Shown piece by piece: positions 28,409-37,073 of a DNA stretch of 52,038 bases. Origin of the DNA: Nitrospinota bacterium (GTDB lineage: Bacteria > Nitrospinota > Nitrospinia > Nitrospinales > VA-1). The first letter of the stretch is position 1. Each line of letters starts with the position of its first letter. The stretch is taken from NCBI GenBank assembly GCA_038108555.1, contig JAYNIA010000011.1, forward strand, positions 2,420-54,457, given 5' to 3'. Position numbers and translations under genes: made by a program. The notes below the pieces were generated by a model. The model saw nothing but the letters and a program-made list of their open reading frames with translations. It was not told the origin of the DNA and searched no databases.

Positions 28409-29455
28409 TTACATTTTCAGGATATCCTGAATAAACAGATTGGTGGCGCGGACCACGTGGGGTTTAGAAAGGTGGGTTTTCATATCCATGGGAAGACGAA
28501 GGGTAAAGGTAGACCCTACCCCCAATTCACTTTCCGCATATATATTACCCCCCATCACAAGGCTCAAACGATGGCAGATAGCAAGCATCAATGCTTCTCC
28601 GCCAAATCCACTCGAAAGTTTTTCATCAGCATTGGTGTAGCCCTTAAAAAGATTTTCCAGGATTTTCGGGTTTATTCCTGCTCCAGTATCTTTAATCACA
28701 AACGAAATCCAACCCATGTCTTCTACTTGTTCACAGCTTATATTGATCGAAACTTTTCCATTTTTCGTGGTATGGCATGCATTCATGACTAAATTAAACA
28801 GTGTACGGAATATCCTTTCCCGGTCCCCATGAATTTCATCAACATCAGTGGGGCAGTTCAGAGTCAATTCGTTTTCTGACTTAGCCATTTCTTCTTGAAC
28901 TTTTTGGGAAAGTTCATTCGCCAACTCCTCGACAGAAAAATTCTCATAATTTAATTCCGATCTTCCTGACTCGATTTTGGATAAATCAATGATCTCCTCA
29001 ACCCACTTCATCAGGTTGTTAGACGAACCCCGGATTTTTTTAAGATCAGGAAGGAAATCCTCCATCCCTTCCTCTTCCATTTCTTCCAGGAGCATTTCGC
29101 TGTAACCGATTATATGATTGAGGGGCGTTCTCAGCTCGTGACTGAGATTAGCGAGGAATACCGATTTACTGAGGCTTGATGTTTCCGCTTCCCGTTTATC
29201 AAGAACTAGTTTTTTATTGCTCTCTTCGAGCTCGCTGGTGTGTATTTCGATTTGAGATTTAAGAGATTTCTTTTGCAACGCGATTTTTTCGTCACGTTGC
29301 CTGACTTCTGCGAGGAGTTTGTTTAGCAACTCTACGAGATTATCAGATTGAATGTTTCCTGTTAATTCGATATTGGCCGCGAAATTCCCTTCATCCAGAA
29401 TTCGTTCCAGACTTTTAACTAATAATTCCAGTTCTGATAGAGAATCTTTATTCAC
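28409..29455 (-). CDS. Soluble histidine kinase-like protein with degenerate ATP lid
   Basis: Coiled coil, H-box FLANLSHELRTPLN, N-box NLVMNA, G1 DTGAGI; G2 reads GGEALML instead of GTGLGL. No TM or receiver domain. GTG start overlaps the trxB stop. Confidence 0.85.
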   Translation of the reverse strand: MNKDSLSELELLVKSLERILDEGNFAANIELTGNIQSDNLVELLNKLLAEVRQRDEKIALQKKSLKSQIEIHTSELEESNKKLVLDKREAETSSLSKSVFLANLSHELRTPLNHIIGYSEMLLEEMEEEGMEDFLPDLKKIRGSSNNLMKWVEEIIDLSKIESGRSELNYENFSVEELANELSQKVQEEMAKSENELTLNCPTDVDEIHGDRERIFRTLFNLVMNACHTTKNGKVSINISCEQVEDMGWISFVIKDTGAGINPKILENLFKGYTNADEKLSSGFGGEALMLAICHRLSLVMGGNIYAESELGVGSTFTLRLPMDMKTHLSKPHVVRATNLFIQDILKM

Positions 29456-30401
29456 CTAAACCCTTTTCTGCCAACCATCGTTCAGCCTCTAGGGCAGCCG
29501 CACATCCGGTTCCGGCAGCAGTAATCGCTTGACGGTATTTATGGTCATGCACATCACCTGCGGCGAAAACACCATCTATATTTGTCTCTTGGGTTCCGGG
29601 TTTGATTTTAATATAACCCGCATCGTCCAGATCCAACTGACCATTAAAGATTCCTGTGTTGGGCGTATGTCCAATGGCATAAAAAATTCCGGCGACATCA
29701 ATTTCGCGAGCTTCTTTGGTTTTTATATTGGAAATTTTTGCACCGGTCACATAATCTTCGCCAATCGCATCTTCAAGAACCGAATCCCAGAGAATTTCCA
29801 GTTTGGGGTTTTTGAAAGCACGTTCCTGCATGATTTTAGAAGCACGCAATGTATCCCTTCGATGGACCATATAAACAACGGAACCGAATTTTGTGAGGTA
29901 GCTCGCTTCTTCCACTGCGGTATCTCCACCACCAATGACCATCAGGGGTTGATTACGGAACATGGGTAATGCCCCATCACAAACCGCACAGGCAGACATC
30001 CCGTTGTTCCACATTTTCTCTTCATTGGGGACTCCCATGCGTCGGGCAGTAGCCCCTGTGGAGATAATTACCGAGTGGGCTTTTATTTCACGGTTTTCGC
30101 TTTTAATGGTGAAAGGAGATTGGCTTAAGTCTGTTTCAATCACATCCTCCTGAACCATTTCGGTCCCGAATCGCTCCGACTGTTTGCGGAAAAGTTGCAT
30201 CAACTCAGGACCCTCGACTCCTTCCGGGAATCCCGGATAATTTTCCACATCGGTTGTGGTGGTCAACTGTCCGCCAGCTGATCCTCCCATCATATAGCCT
30301 TCGAACATAAAAGGCTTAAGATTCGCCCGGGCGGCATAAATCGCGGCGGTATGCCCTGCGGGCCCGGAACCAATGATAACCACATTTTTCACATCACTCA
30401 T
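29448..30401 (-). CDS. trxB: Thioredoxin reductase
   Basis: IIGSGPAG, VENYPGF, redox-active CAVC in SACAVCDG, IGGGDTAVEEA, FAAGDV..YRQAITAAG. Confidence 0.98.
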   Translation of the reverse strand: MSDVKNVVIIGSGPAGHTAAIYAARANLKPFMFEGYMMGGSAGGQLTTTTDVENYPGFPEGVEGPELMQLFRKQSERFGTEMVQEDVIETDLSQSPFTIKSENREIKAHSVIISTGATARRMGVPNEEKMWNNGMSACAVCDGALPMFRNQPLMVIGGGDTAVEEASYLTKFGSVVYMVHRRDTLRASKIMQERAFKNPKLEILWDSVLEDAIGEDYVTGAKISNIKTKEAREIDVAGIFYAIGHTPNTGIFNGQLDLDDAGYIKIKPGTQETNIDGVFAAGDVHDHKYRQAITAAGTGCAAALEAERWLAEKGLGE

Positions 30402-30413
30402 AACTGACCTTTC

Positions 30414-31169
30414 TTAATTCGGCTTGATACAACGAAAACCAACGCCGCTGTATCTTAAATCGGGATCTTTAGCCACCCGATCTGAAGTTCTTAAAAAATG
30501 GCTTTGGGAATCCCAAGACCCTCCCCGCACCACTTTATCTTTTCCTTTATCTGGTCCTAAAGGGTTTTTCTGAATTTCTGCTTTTTCATAGGGACCATAC
30601 CAATCCATGGTCCATTCATATACATTTCCCATCACGTCATAAAGACCGTGGGTATTTGGCTCAAAACTACCGACTGTAACCGGGGCACCAATCCCATAAG
30701 ACTGGTTCAAATGAGCCCCGCCCAGTTTTTCAACATTTGCAACATATTCCCACTCCGCTTCAGTGGGCAACCGACCCTTCTTCCATTTACAATAGGTCAA
30801 AGCCTCGTTCCACGTGATAAACACCACCGGTTGCTTTTTTTGATTGAAATCTCCAGGTCGGTCTTCATGTAAAACTACCGGCTCGCAGATTCCCGCCAAA
30901 AAACATTCGCGATACTTCTCATTGGTAACTTCAAATTTATCGATCCAAAAAGAATCTACTTGGACCTTGTGAGGGATCTCGTCATTACACCAGTCTGAGT
31001 TGTTTTGCTCTTCCGCGCAATACAAGCTGCCCATTTGAAATTCCCCGCCATTTATTAAAACCTGATCATTCGCTAAGGCAGGTGCAGACAAGAATAAACT
31101 AAAGAGTGTAAACCCAAAAATCCATACATAGCTTAATGGTTCACACCTCAATTTTTTCACGTATGACAT
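30414..31169 (-). CDS. Formylglycine-generating-enzyme (SUMF1) fold protein, probably secreted
   Basis: FQMGS, FEVTN, PVV..TW.EA..YC, RLPTEAEWE, GLYDVMGNVYEW, RGGSW, GFRC; signal-like segment ending APALA. Start codon uncertain. Confidence 0.85.
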   Translation of the reverse strand: MSYVKKLRCEPLSYVWIFGFTLFSLFLSAPALANDQVLINGGEFQMGSLYCAEEQNNSDWCNDEIPHKVQVDSFWIDKFEVTNEKYRECFLAGICEPVVLHEDRPGDFNQKKQPVVFITWNEALTYCKWKKGRLPTEAEWEYVANVEKLGGAHLNQSYGIGAPVTVGSFEPNTHGLYDVMGNVYEWTMDWYGPYEKAEIQKNPLGPDKGKDKVVRGGSWDSQSHFLRTSDRVAKDPDLRYSGVGFRCIKPN

Positions 31170-32472
31170 TTCTAACATCTTCGTATTTTGCAGGAAGCTC
31201 CACGGCTTCAAATGCATAATCTTCCTGAACACCGGGAATTTCATTCGTATGACATTTAAATAAAAAATCTGTAAATTTCAATCCATTTGCCGTTGAAACC
31301 ACCACTACCTTATCCTGTTTTTTAATCACACCACTTTTCACGAGTTTTTCAAGAACCGCCAAGGCAACCCCGGTATGAGGACAGCACAACAAGCCGGTAC
31401 GATTTGCCCTGCTGGCAGCATTTGCAAGTTCACCTTCTGAGGCATCCTCAACAATCCCATCAAAAGCCTTCAAAGTCCGGATTGCTTTTTTAACACTCAC
31501 AGGGTCACCGATTTGAATAGCGCTTGCAAGGGTCTGTTGAGCTTGAACCGGTTCAAATTTTTCAAAGTCCTGCTTAAAACTTCTATATAAAGGATTTGCG
31601 CGTTCTGCCTGGGCGCAAACCAATCGCGGAAGTTTATCGATCAATCCCAAATCATAAAACATTTGGAATCCTTTACCAATGGCACTCACGTTACCCAGGT
31701 TACCTCCTGGCACAATCACAAAATCCGGCACTTCCCAATTGAATTGCTGGACCAACTCAAAACTGATGGTTTTTTGTCCTTCAATCCTTAGGGAGTTCAT
31801 TGAATTTGCCAGGTAGATATCATCATTCTGGCAAACCTCTCGAACCAATTTCATACACCCATCAAAATCAGTGTCCAATGAGAGGGTTAACACGCCATGA
31901 GTGATGGGCTGAATCAATTGGGTTAAAGAAACCTTATTTTTTGGAAGGAAGACAATAGCAGGAATTCCCGCAACTGCGCAGTATGCAGCAAGCGAAGCCG
32001 AAGTATCTCCGGTGGATGCGCAAGCCACAGCTTTGATATTTTTTCCCTGAGACATCATTTGTTTGACCATGGAAACAAGAATGGTCATTCCAAGATCTTT
32101 AAAAGAACCGGTGTGGGCCATTCCACATTGTTTGACCCATAAATCTTCCAACCCGATCTGTTGTCCCAGGCGGTCTGCCCAGAACAAATTGGTGCCTCCT
32201 TCATATGTGGAAACAATATTTTCATTATCTACATTCGGGCAGGCCAACTCCTTTTTTCCCCACACGGAACTACCGTAAGGCCATTCATTTTTTCGGTAAC
32301 GGTCTTCAAACAATTTTTTCCAGTCCTTTGCAGACCTTTTTTTCAAAAGTTCCATGTCATGCACAACTTCCAGGAGTTCATCGCAATCACGACATCGATA
32401 AACAATATCGGTCAGTTCATAGCGACTGCCGCATTCTGGATTTATGCATTGAAACCAGGCTTTGAATTCCAT
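31141..32472 (-). CDS. thrC: Threonine synthase
   Basis: PLP Lys in TGSFKDLG, CASTGDTSAS, NSMNSLRIEGQKT, VPGGNLGN, STANGLKF; N-terminal Cys cluster; directly after hom. Confidence 0.96.
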   Translation of the reverse strand: MEFKAWFQCINPECGSRYELTDIVYRCRDCDELLEVVHDMELLKKRSAKDWKKLFEDRYRKNEWPYGSSVWGKKELACPNVDNENIVSTYEGGTNLFWADRLGQQIGLEDLWVKQCGMAHTGSFKDLGMTILVSMVKQMMSQGKNIKAVACASTGDTSASLAAYCAVAGIPAIVFLPKNKVSLTQLIQPITHGVLTLSLDTDFDGCMKLVREVCQNDDIYLANSMNSLRIEGQKTISFELVQQFNWEVPDFVIVPGGNLGNVSAIGKGFQMFYDLGLIDKLPRLVCAQAERANPLYRSFKQDFEKFEPVQAQQTLASAIQIGDPVSVKKAIRTLKAFDGIVEDASEGELANAASRANRTGLLCCPHTGVALAVLEKLVKSGVIKKQDKVVVVSTANGLKFTDFLFKCHTNEIPGVQEDYAFEAVELPAKYEDVRNVIREKIEV

Positions 32473-32473
32473 A

Positions 32474-33778
32474 TTATTTTTCTACCCGGATAAGGTTAGA
32501 TTTCCCACAGACCACATCAAGTTGCTCTATTTCCTGCAGAGCTTTTTGAATACTACCTTCACTGGACCGATGACACATCATCACCAGTGATACCCCTTTT
32601 CCTTCCTCGCCTCTGCCTTTCTGGATCATGGACTCTATGCTGATTCCATGTTCGCCAAGGATTCCTGAAATTTTAGAAAGGACACCGGGCTTATCCAAAA
32701 CATTGAACCGCAAAAAATATTCTGATTCAACAGAACTCATGTCCTTTAAGGGAATGGATTGGATTTGGGAATCCTGAAAAGAGGAAGCAGGCACCCTGGC
32801 CCCTGTACTGGAAATGATGTTACGGGCTATCTCCACAATGTCCCCCACCACCGCACTCCCTGTTGGAAGTGGACCGGCTCCATGACCAGCCAGGATGTTT
32901 TCTTCCATCATATCGTCACAAACACGAATGGCATTTAACACTCCATTCACGTTTGCCATTGGGTGGTTGCTAGGTATCATTGCAGGATGGACTCTGATAT
33001 CAATTGCCTCTCCATCGTATTTAGAAATGGCCAGCAGCTTGATTCTGTATCCGAATTCTTTTGCACATTCTATATCATCGGCCGTAATGCTAGTTATTCC
33101 TGAAACTTTGATATCGTCAAAATTAACAGGAGTCCCATAGGCAATGCGGGTCAAAACGGCAATCTTATGGGCGGAATCGATCCCTTCTATATCAAACGTT
33201 GGATCGGCCTCTGCAAATCCTTTTTCCTGAGCTTCTTTCAAAGCCACATCGAAATCACAATTCTCATCAGACATTTTGCTGAGAATATAATTGGCCGTTC
33301 CATTAACAATTCCTTCGATAACCTGGATTCGGTTTGCCACAAAGGCTTCACGAATGGAACGGATGATAGGAATTGCTCCTCCAATAGAGGCCTCAAAACC
33401 TATGGAAAGATTTTTTTCTTCGACCTTTTTAAAAACTTCATCCCCGTGTTTTGCCAGCAACGCCTTATTGGCCGTTACGACATGTTTGTCATTATCCAGG
33501 GCTTTTAAAAGGAATGTTCTTGCGGGTTCGTATCCTCCAATCAATTCAACAACAATATCAATTTCCGGGTTTTCCAAAACGTCATCCGCCGAGGTGGTCA
33601 AAACACCATCCTCAACAGTAACCCCTCTATCCGTTGTTATATCCAGGTCGGCAATCTTTGTTAGACCCACGGAGGCCCCTAACCTTTTCTGGATAATTTC
33701 CTGATTTTCAGCAAGAATCTTTGCGACACCAGCTCCTATAGTGCCAAACCCTATCAAACCTACATTTATCTTTTTCAT
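32474..33778 (-). CDS. hom: Homoserine dehydrogenase
   Basis: GFGTIG, VVTANKA, FEASIGGAIP, GIVNGTANYIL, AEADPTFDIEG.D, GAGPLPTGSAV, and a C-terminal ACT domain. Confidence 0.98.
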   Translation of the reverse strand: MKKINVGLIGFGTIGAGVAKILAENQEIIQKRLGASVGLTKIADLDITTDRGVTVEDGVLTTSADDVLENPEIDIVVELIGGYEPARTFLLKALDNDKHVVTANKALLAKHGDEVFKKVEEKNLSIGFEASIGGAIPIIRSIREAFVANRIQVIEGIVNGTANYILSKMSDENCDFDVALKEAQEKGFAEADPTFDIEGIDSAHKIAVLTRIAYGTPVNFDDIKVSGITSITADDIECAKEFGYRIKLLAISKYDGEAIDIRVHPAMIPSNHPMANVNGVLNAIRVCDDMMEENILAGHGAGPLPTGSAVVGDIVEIARNIISSTGARVPASSFQDSQIQSIPLKDMSSVESEYFLRFNVLDKPGVLSKISGILGEHGISIESMIQKGRGEEGKGVSLVMMCHRSSEGSIQKALQEIEQLDVVCGKSNLIRVEK

Positions 33779-33824
33779 TTTATATCCGTTCGAAAAACAA
33801 TTCTGCCTGGCGGCTCAAAAAGTA

Positions 33825-34991
33825 TTAAAAGACTTCTTTTATTCCTCGCACCGCCTGCCTGATTCGATGTTCATTTTCCACCAGAGAAAAGCGCACAAAA
33901 TGGTCTCCCCCTTCGCCAAAACCAATTCCCGGTGCAACAGCTACTTTTGCTTTTTCCAGAAGCATTTTAGAAAACTCGAGTGAACCCATATTTTTAAATT
34001 GATCCGGAATTTCTGCCCAAACCATCATTGTGGCTTTGGGGGGTGTTACTTTCCAGCCCAACCGGTTGAGTGAATCGCATAACACGTTGCGTCGGCTACG
34101 GTACGTTTCGGTTATCTCTTCAACACAATCCCTGGGGCCATTCAAAGCAACAGTCGCGGCAATTTGAATGGGTTGAAACATGCCGTAATCCTGATAACTT
34201 TTAATTCTAGCCAGGGCGTGAATTATTTCCTGGTTTCCAACAGCAAACCCCACTCGCCAGCCCGGCATATTATAACTTTTTGACAAAGTAAAAAACTCAA
34301 TTCCTACCTCTTTTGCTCCAGAAACCTGCATAAAACTCGGGGCTTTATATCCATCAAATACAATATCCCCATAAGCAAAATCGTGGATGACAATTAAATC
34401 ATGTTCTTTAGCAAACTCCACCACTTTTTCAAAGAATTGGATATCCACTACCTGGGTTGTTGGATTATGCGGAAAATTTATGACCATGGCTTTTGGCCGA
34501 GGCCAATTTCGCTTAAACGCGTCCAGCAAGCCCTCGAAAAAATCGGAATCCGGACCCATGGGAACATGGATGACATCTCCATTTGCAAGGATAAAGGCAT
34601 ATGTATGAATGGGGTAAGTTGGCGTTGGTACCAGCACTGAATCCCCCGGCGTGGTGATTGCCAGGGCTAGATGGGCTATGCCCTCTTTTGATCCAATAGT
34701 TGCAATCGCTTCCGAATTTGGATCTAGGTCAACATCATAATTCCGCTTATACCAATCACATATAGCTAGTCTTAGCTTATAAATTCCCTTAGAAAGGGAA
34801 TAGCGGTGATTGGCCTCTTTTTGAGCGGATTCAATCAGTTTTTCGACAATATGATTGGGAGTAGCCATATCCGGATTTCCCAATCCAAAATCGATGATGT
34901 CTTCCCCTCTACGTCGAGCCTCATATTTCAAGTCGTTCACTATCCCAAGCACGTAGGGGGGCAGACGTTTTATGCGTGAAAATTCTCTCAT
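33825..34991 (-). CDS. Class I/II aminotransferase (AlaC-like)
   Basis: [56 protein letters not shown]. Start set to ATG 34991. AlaC-like genes commonly precede hom-thrC. Confidence 0.9.
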   Translation of the reverse strand: MREFSRIKRLPPYVLGIVNDLKYEARRRGEDIIDFGLGNPDMATPNHIVEKLIESAQKEANHRYSLSKGIYKLRLAICDWYKRNYDVDLDPNSEAIATIGSKEGIAHLALAITTPGDSVLVPTPTYPIHTYAFILANGDVIHVPMGPDSDFFEGLLDAFKRNWPRPKAMVINFPHNPTTQVVDIQFFEKVVEFAKEHDLIVIHDFAYGDIVFDGYKAPSFMQVSGAKEVGIEFFTLSKSYNMPGWRVGFAVGNQEIIHALARIKSYQDYGMFQPIQIAATVALNGPRDCVEEITETYRSRRNVLCDSLNRLGWKVTPPKATMMVWAEIPDQFKNMGSLEFSKMLLEKAKVAVAPGIGFGEGGDHFVRFSLVENEHRIRQAVRGIKEVF

Positions 34992-35056
34992 TTTAAAATG
35001 GGTCAAAATTTTTGCATTTAATAAGGATAGGCCCAACCGAAAGGATGTGACTCAGG

Positions 35057-35100
35057 CTTGTGCGGAGGCAACCTTCTTACAACTTGTGCGATCTGGCAAC
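35057..35100. repeat. Imperfect direct repeat CTTGTGCG-n-GGCAAC (2 copies)
   Basis: CTTGTGCG-GA-GGCAAC at 35057-35072 and CTTGTGCG-ATCT-GGCAAC at 35083-35100. Confidence 0.8.
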
Positions 35101-35109
35101 TTCAAGCGT

Positions 35110-35138
35110 AAGATATCATAATTTAAATAACCCGGCAA
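35110..35138 (-). promoter_or_regulatory. Putative sigma70 promoter of the aminotransferase-hom-thrC operon
   Basis: Minus strand TTGCCG-N17-TATCTT with an extended TGn. Confidence 0.45.
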
Positions 35139-35387
35139 TTCCAAACCTCGTTGCAAAATAATGGCTTTAACCGTTTCTTTTTTCTTGATTCAAACCTTTT
35201 GCAAGGGGTAGTATTCCTTCCAGCAGCCCACTTATTTCCATCGGGCCACCTGGTTTCTTTTCCGTTTCATTCAAGAAAAACAGGAATAATAACCTCGATC
35301 AATTCTTTGATAAGGTCAATCGGCTCCACCCTATAATCCCCTGGCCGCACCAGCTCGTCTGCCTCAAAATTTTGATTCATTGAGAAT

Positions 35388-36194
35388 ATGGAACTGATTC
35401 AAATAATAATATTAGGAATTATCCAGGGTTTGACTGAATTTCTTCCAGTTTCAAGCTCGGGCCACCTTATCCTGACACCGTTGATTCTCAACTTTAATGA
35501 CCAAGGATTGGCCCTGGATGCAATTCTGCATCTGGGCACCCTGATGGCAATTTTTATTTTCTTTAAAAATGATTTAATAGAGATATTTTCAGGATTATTT
35601 GATCGTAACCGGGAAACCCATAAGGTTGCCTGGAGCATTATCGCGGCTTCCATTCCGGCCGGATTCATTGGCTTTTTTTTTGGAGGATGGATTGAATCCT
35701 CTTTAAGAAGCCCAACCTTTGTGGCCATCAATCTTTTATTCTGGTCCGTTGTTTTTTATTTTGCCGACCGTTTCGTAAAGAATAAGGATGAACTTAAAAC
35801 AGAATTAAACAATCTGGGTTTTTCGCAAGTCTTTTTTATTGGTTTGGCCCAGGCCCTTGCCCTGCTTCCAGGAACCTCACGATCGGGAATTACTATTGCA
35901 GCAGGATTGTTCAGTAATCTCAATCATACCTCCGCAACCCGGTTTTCCTTTCTCCTTGGTGCCCCTATAATTTTTGCAGCAGGAACTCATAAACTGGTAG
36001 CATTTTTTACTGAACCGCAAGCTTTGCAGGGTTACACGAATCTGCATTTATTGGTAGGCCTGGGAACCAGTTTTATAGTGGGCTTACTGGCAATTAAATT
36101 GCTTCTAAACGTTGTAGAAAAGGTAGGATTGATTCCCTTTATTGTCTATAGGGTTTTGCTGGCTGTAATCATTCTGATTTACTATCACGGATAA
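35388..36194 (+). CDS. uppP: Undecaprenyl-diphosphate phosphatase
   Basis: GIIQGLTEFLPVSSSGHL, LHLGT, PGTSRSGITI, FSFLL. Confidence 0.97.
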   Translation: MELIQIIILGIIQGLTEFLPVSSSGHLILTPLILNFNDQGLALDAILHLGTLMAIFIFFKNDLIEIFSGLFDRNRETHKVAWSIIAASIPAGFIGFFFGGWIESSLRSPTFVAINLLFWSVVFYFADRFVKNKDELKTELNNLGFSQVFFIGLAQALALLPGTSRSGITIAAGLFSNLNHTSATRFSFLLGAPIIFAAGTHKLVAFFTEPQALQGYTNLHLLVGLGTSFIVGLLAIKLLLNVVEKVGLIPFIVYRVLLAVIILIYYHG

Positions 36195-36226
36195 AAAAAG
36201 CCGCCCTGATAAAATCAGGACGGCTT
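36193..36226 (-). terminator. Rho-independent terminator of the 36243-36674 gene
   Basis: Minus strand AAGCCGTCCTGAT-TTT-ATCAGGGCGGC followed by a T run; the stem has one G-U pair on this strand. Confidence 0.85.
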
Positions 36227-36242
36227 GAAAATCCCTTAAAAC

Positions 36243-36674
36243 TTATCCACAAGTTACGGAAACAGGAACCGTTCCAGTGTTGTGAATGCGAACCTCACCG
36301 CTAATATCCCCAATGGAATCCCCACGGCTGAAAGATTTCTGATGCGTGAATGTAACTGATTTTTTGCCCATGGAATGTTTGTTGGACATTTTTACCTGGG
36401 CATTACCAGCAGCTCCACCCCCATTGCCAGGGAAGCTGTTATGATCATTCGGTGCTAAATGGAAAGGTACCGTCGTAAAATTGGATGATTTCCAGAGATA
36501 ACCATTTGCGGCGCCACGATCTTCTGCATCTCCACTACCTGCAGTTTCAATCTTTATTGTGCTGGCGTTGTTACATTTAGTCATTCCACCAGGAGCAACA
36601 TTACCCGCGAAGGCTGATGCTGCGAGGCATAATGAAGCAATGGTAACGAGTACAACAATAGCGAGTTTTTTCAT
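36243..36674 (-). CDS. Secreted Gly/Asn/Ser-rich hypothetical protein
   Basis: Strong RBS (AGGGAGGA), signal peptide MKKLAIVVLV...SAFA|G, two Cys at the ends of the mature chain, own promoter and terminator. Confidence 0.85.
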   Translation of the reverse strand: MKKLAIVVLVTIASLCLAASAFAGNVAPGGMTKCNNASTIKIETAGSGDAEDRGAANGYLWKSSNFTTVPFHLAPNDHNSFPGNGGGAAGNAQVKMSNKHSMGKKSVTFTHQKSFSRGDSIGDISGEVRIHNTGTVPVSVTCG

Positions 36675-36877
36675 TGTAAATCCTCCCTTACCCTAGTTAA
36701 CAAAAGTTCACCTACAAATATATGTATTAAGTCAATTGGATTGCCCTCTCCCTTAAGTGAACATTTCAAAGAGCTTCTTGCTTTTACCTCCCAGCGACTG
36801 AAGGTATGGGCTAACAAGACCCAAAAAATCTAGGATTTTTCCTACCATACATATAGTCCTAGACCTTATAAGGGAAA

Positions 36878-36910
36878 AGTATACTTATACTGCAAAGCAT
36901 GTCAATGCTT
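36878..36910 (-). promoter_or_regulatory. Near-consensus sigma70 promoter with a palindrome over the -35 box
   Basis: Minus strand TTGACA (36905-36900), N16, TATACT (36883-36878); palindrome AAGCAT-N4-ATGCTT at 36895-36910. Confidence 0.65.
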
Positions 36911-36965
36911 ATTTGGAGATTATAAATTAATCTCTTATTTTTCAAAAACTTATATATTAAAGAGC

Positions 36966-37058
36966 AAACTTTCAACCCACCAGTAATCGGTCATTTTTCC
37001 TATAAGCAATATAGGCTCCTTTCCTACTTTTAATCGGAGCCTAACTGGTAGAAAGTTT
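36966..37058. repeat. Nested inverted-repeat element
   Basis: AAACTTTC/GAAAGTTT, ACCAGT/ACTGGT and TAGGCTCC/GGAGCCTA arms, plus an alternative CCTATA/TATAGG hairpin. Confidence 0.7.
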
Positions 37059-37073
37059 ATTTAATAAATTTCA

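Noticed and set aside
35168..35380. Minus-strand 37-aa ORF (MNQNFEADELV...) with a possible frameshifted continuation as a pseudogene
   Set aside because: It would start 7 nt from the divergent uppP ATG, leaving no room for promoters or an RBS, and has no recognisable homology.
37030..37060. Sigma28 (FliA) promoter TAAACTTT...TCCGATTA on the minus strand
   Set aside because: The spacing is 2 nt longer than consensus, the -10 box has mismatches, and the sequence is already explained by the inverted-repeat element.
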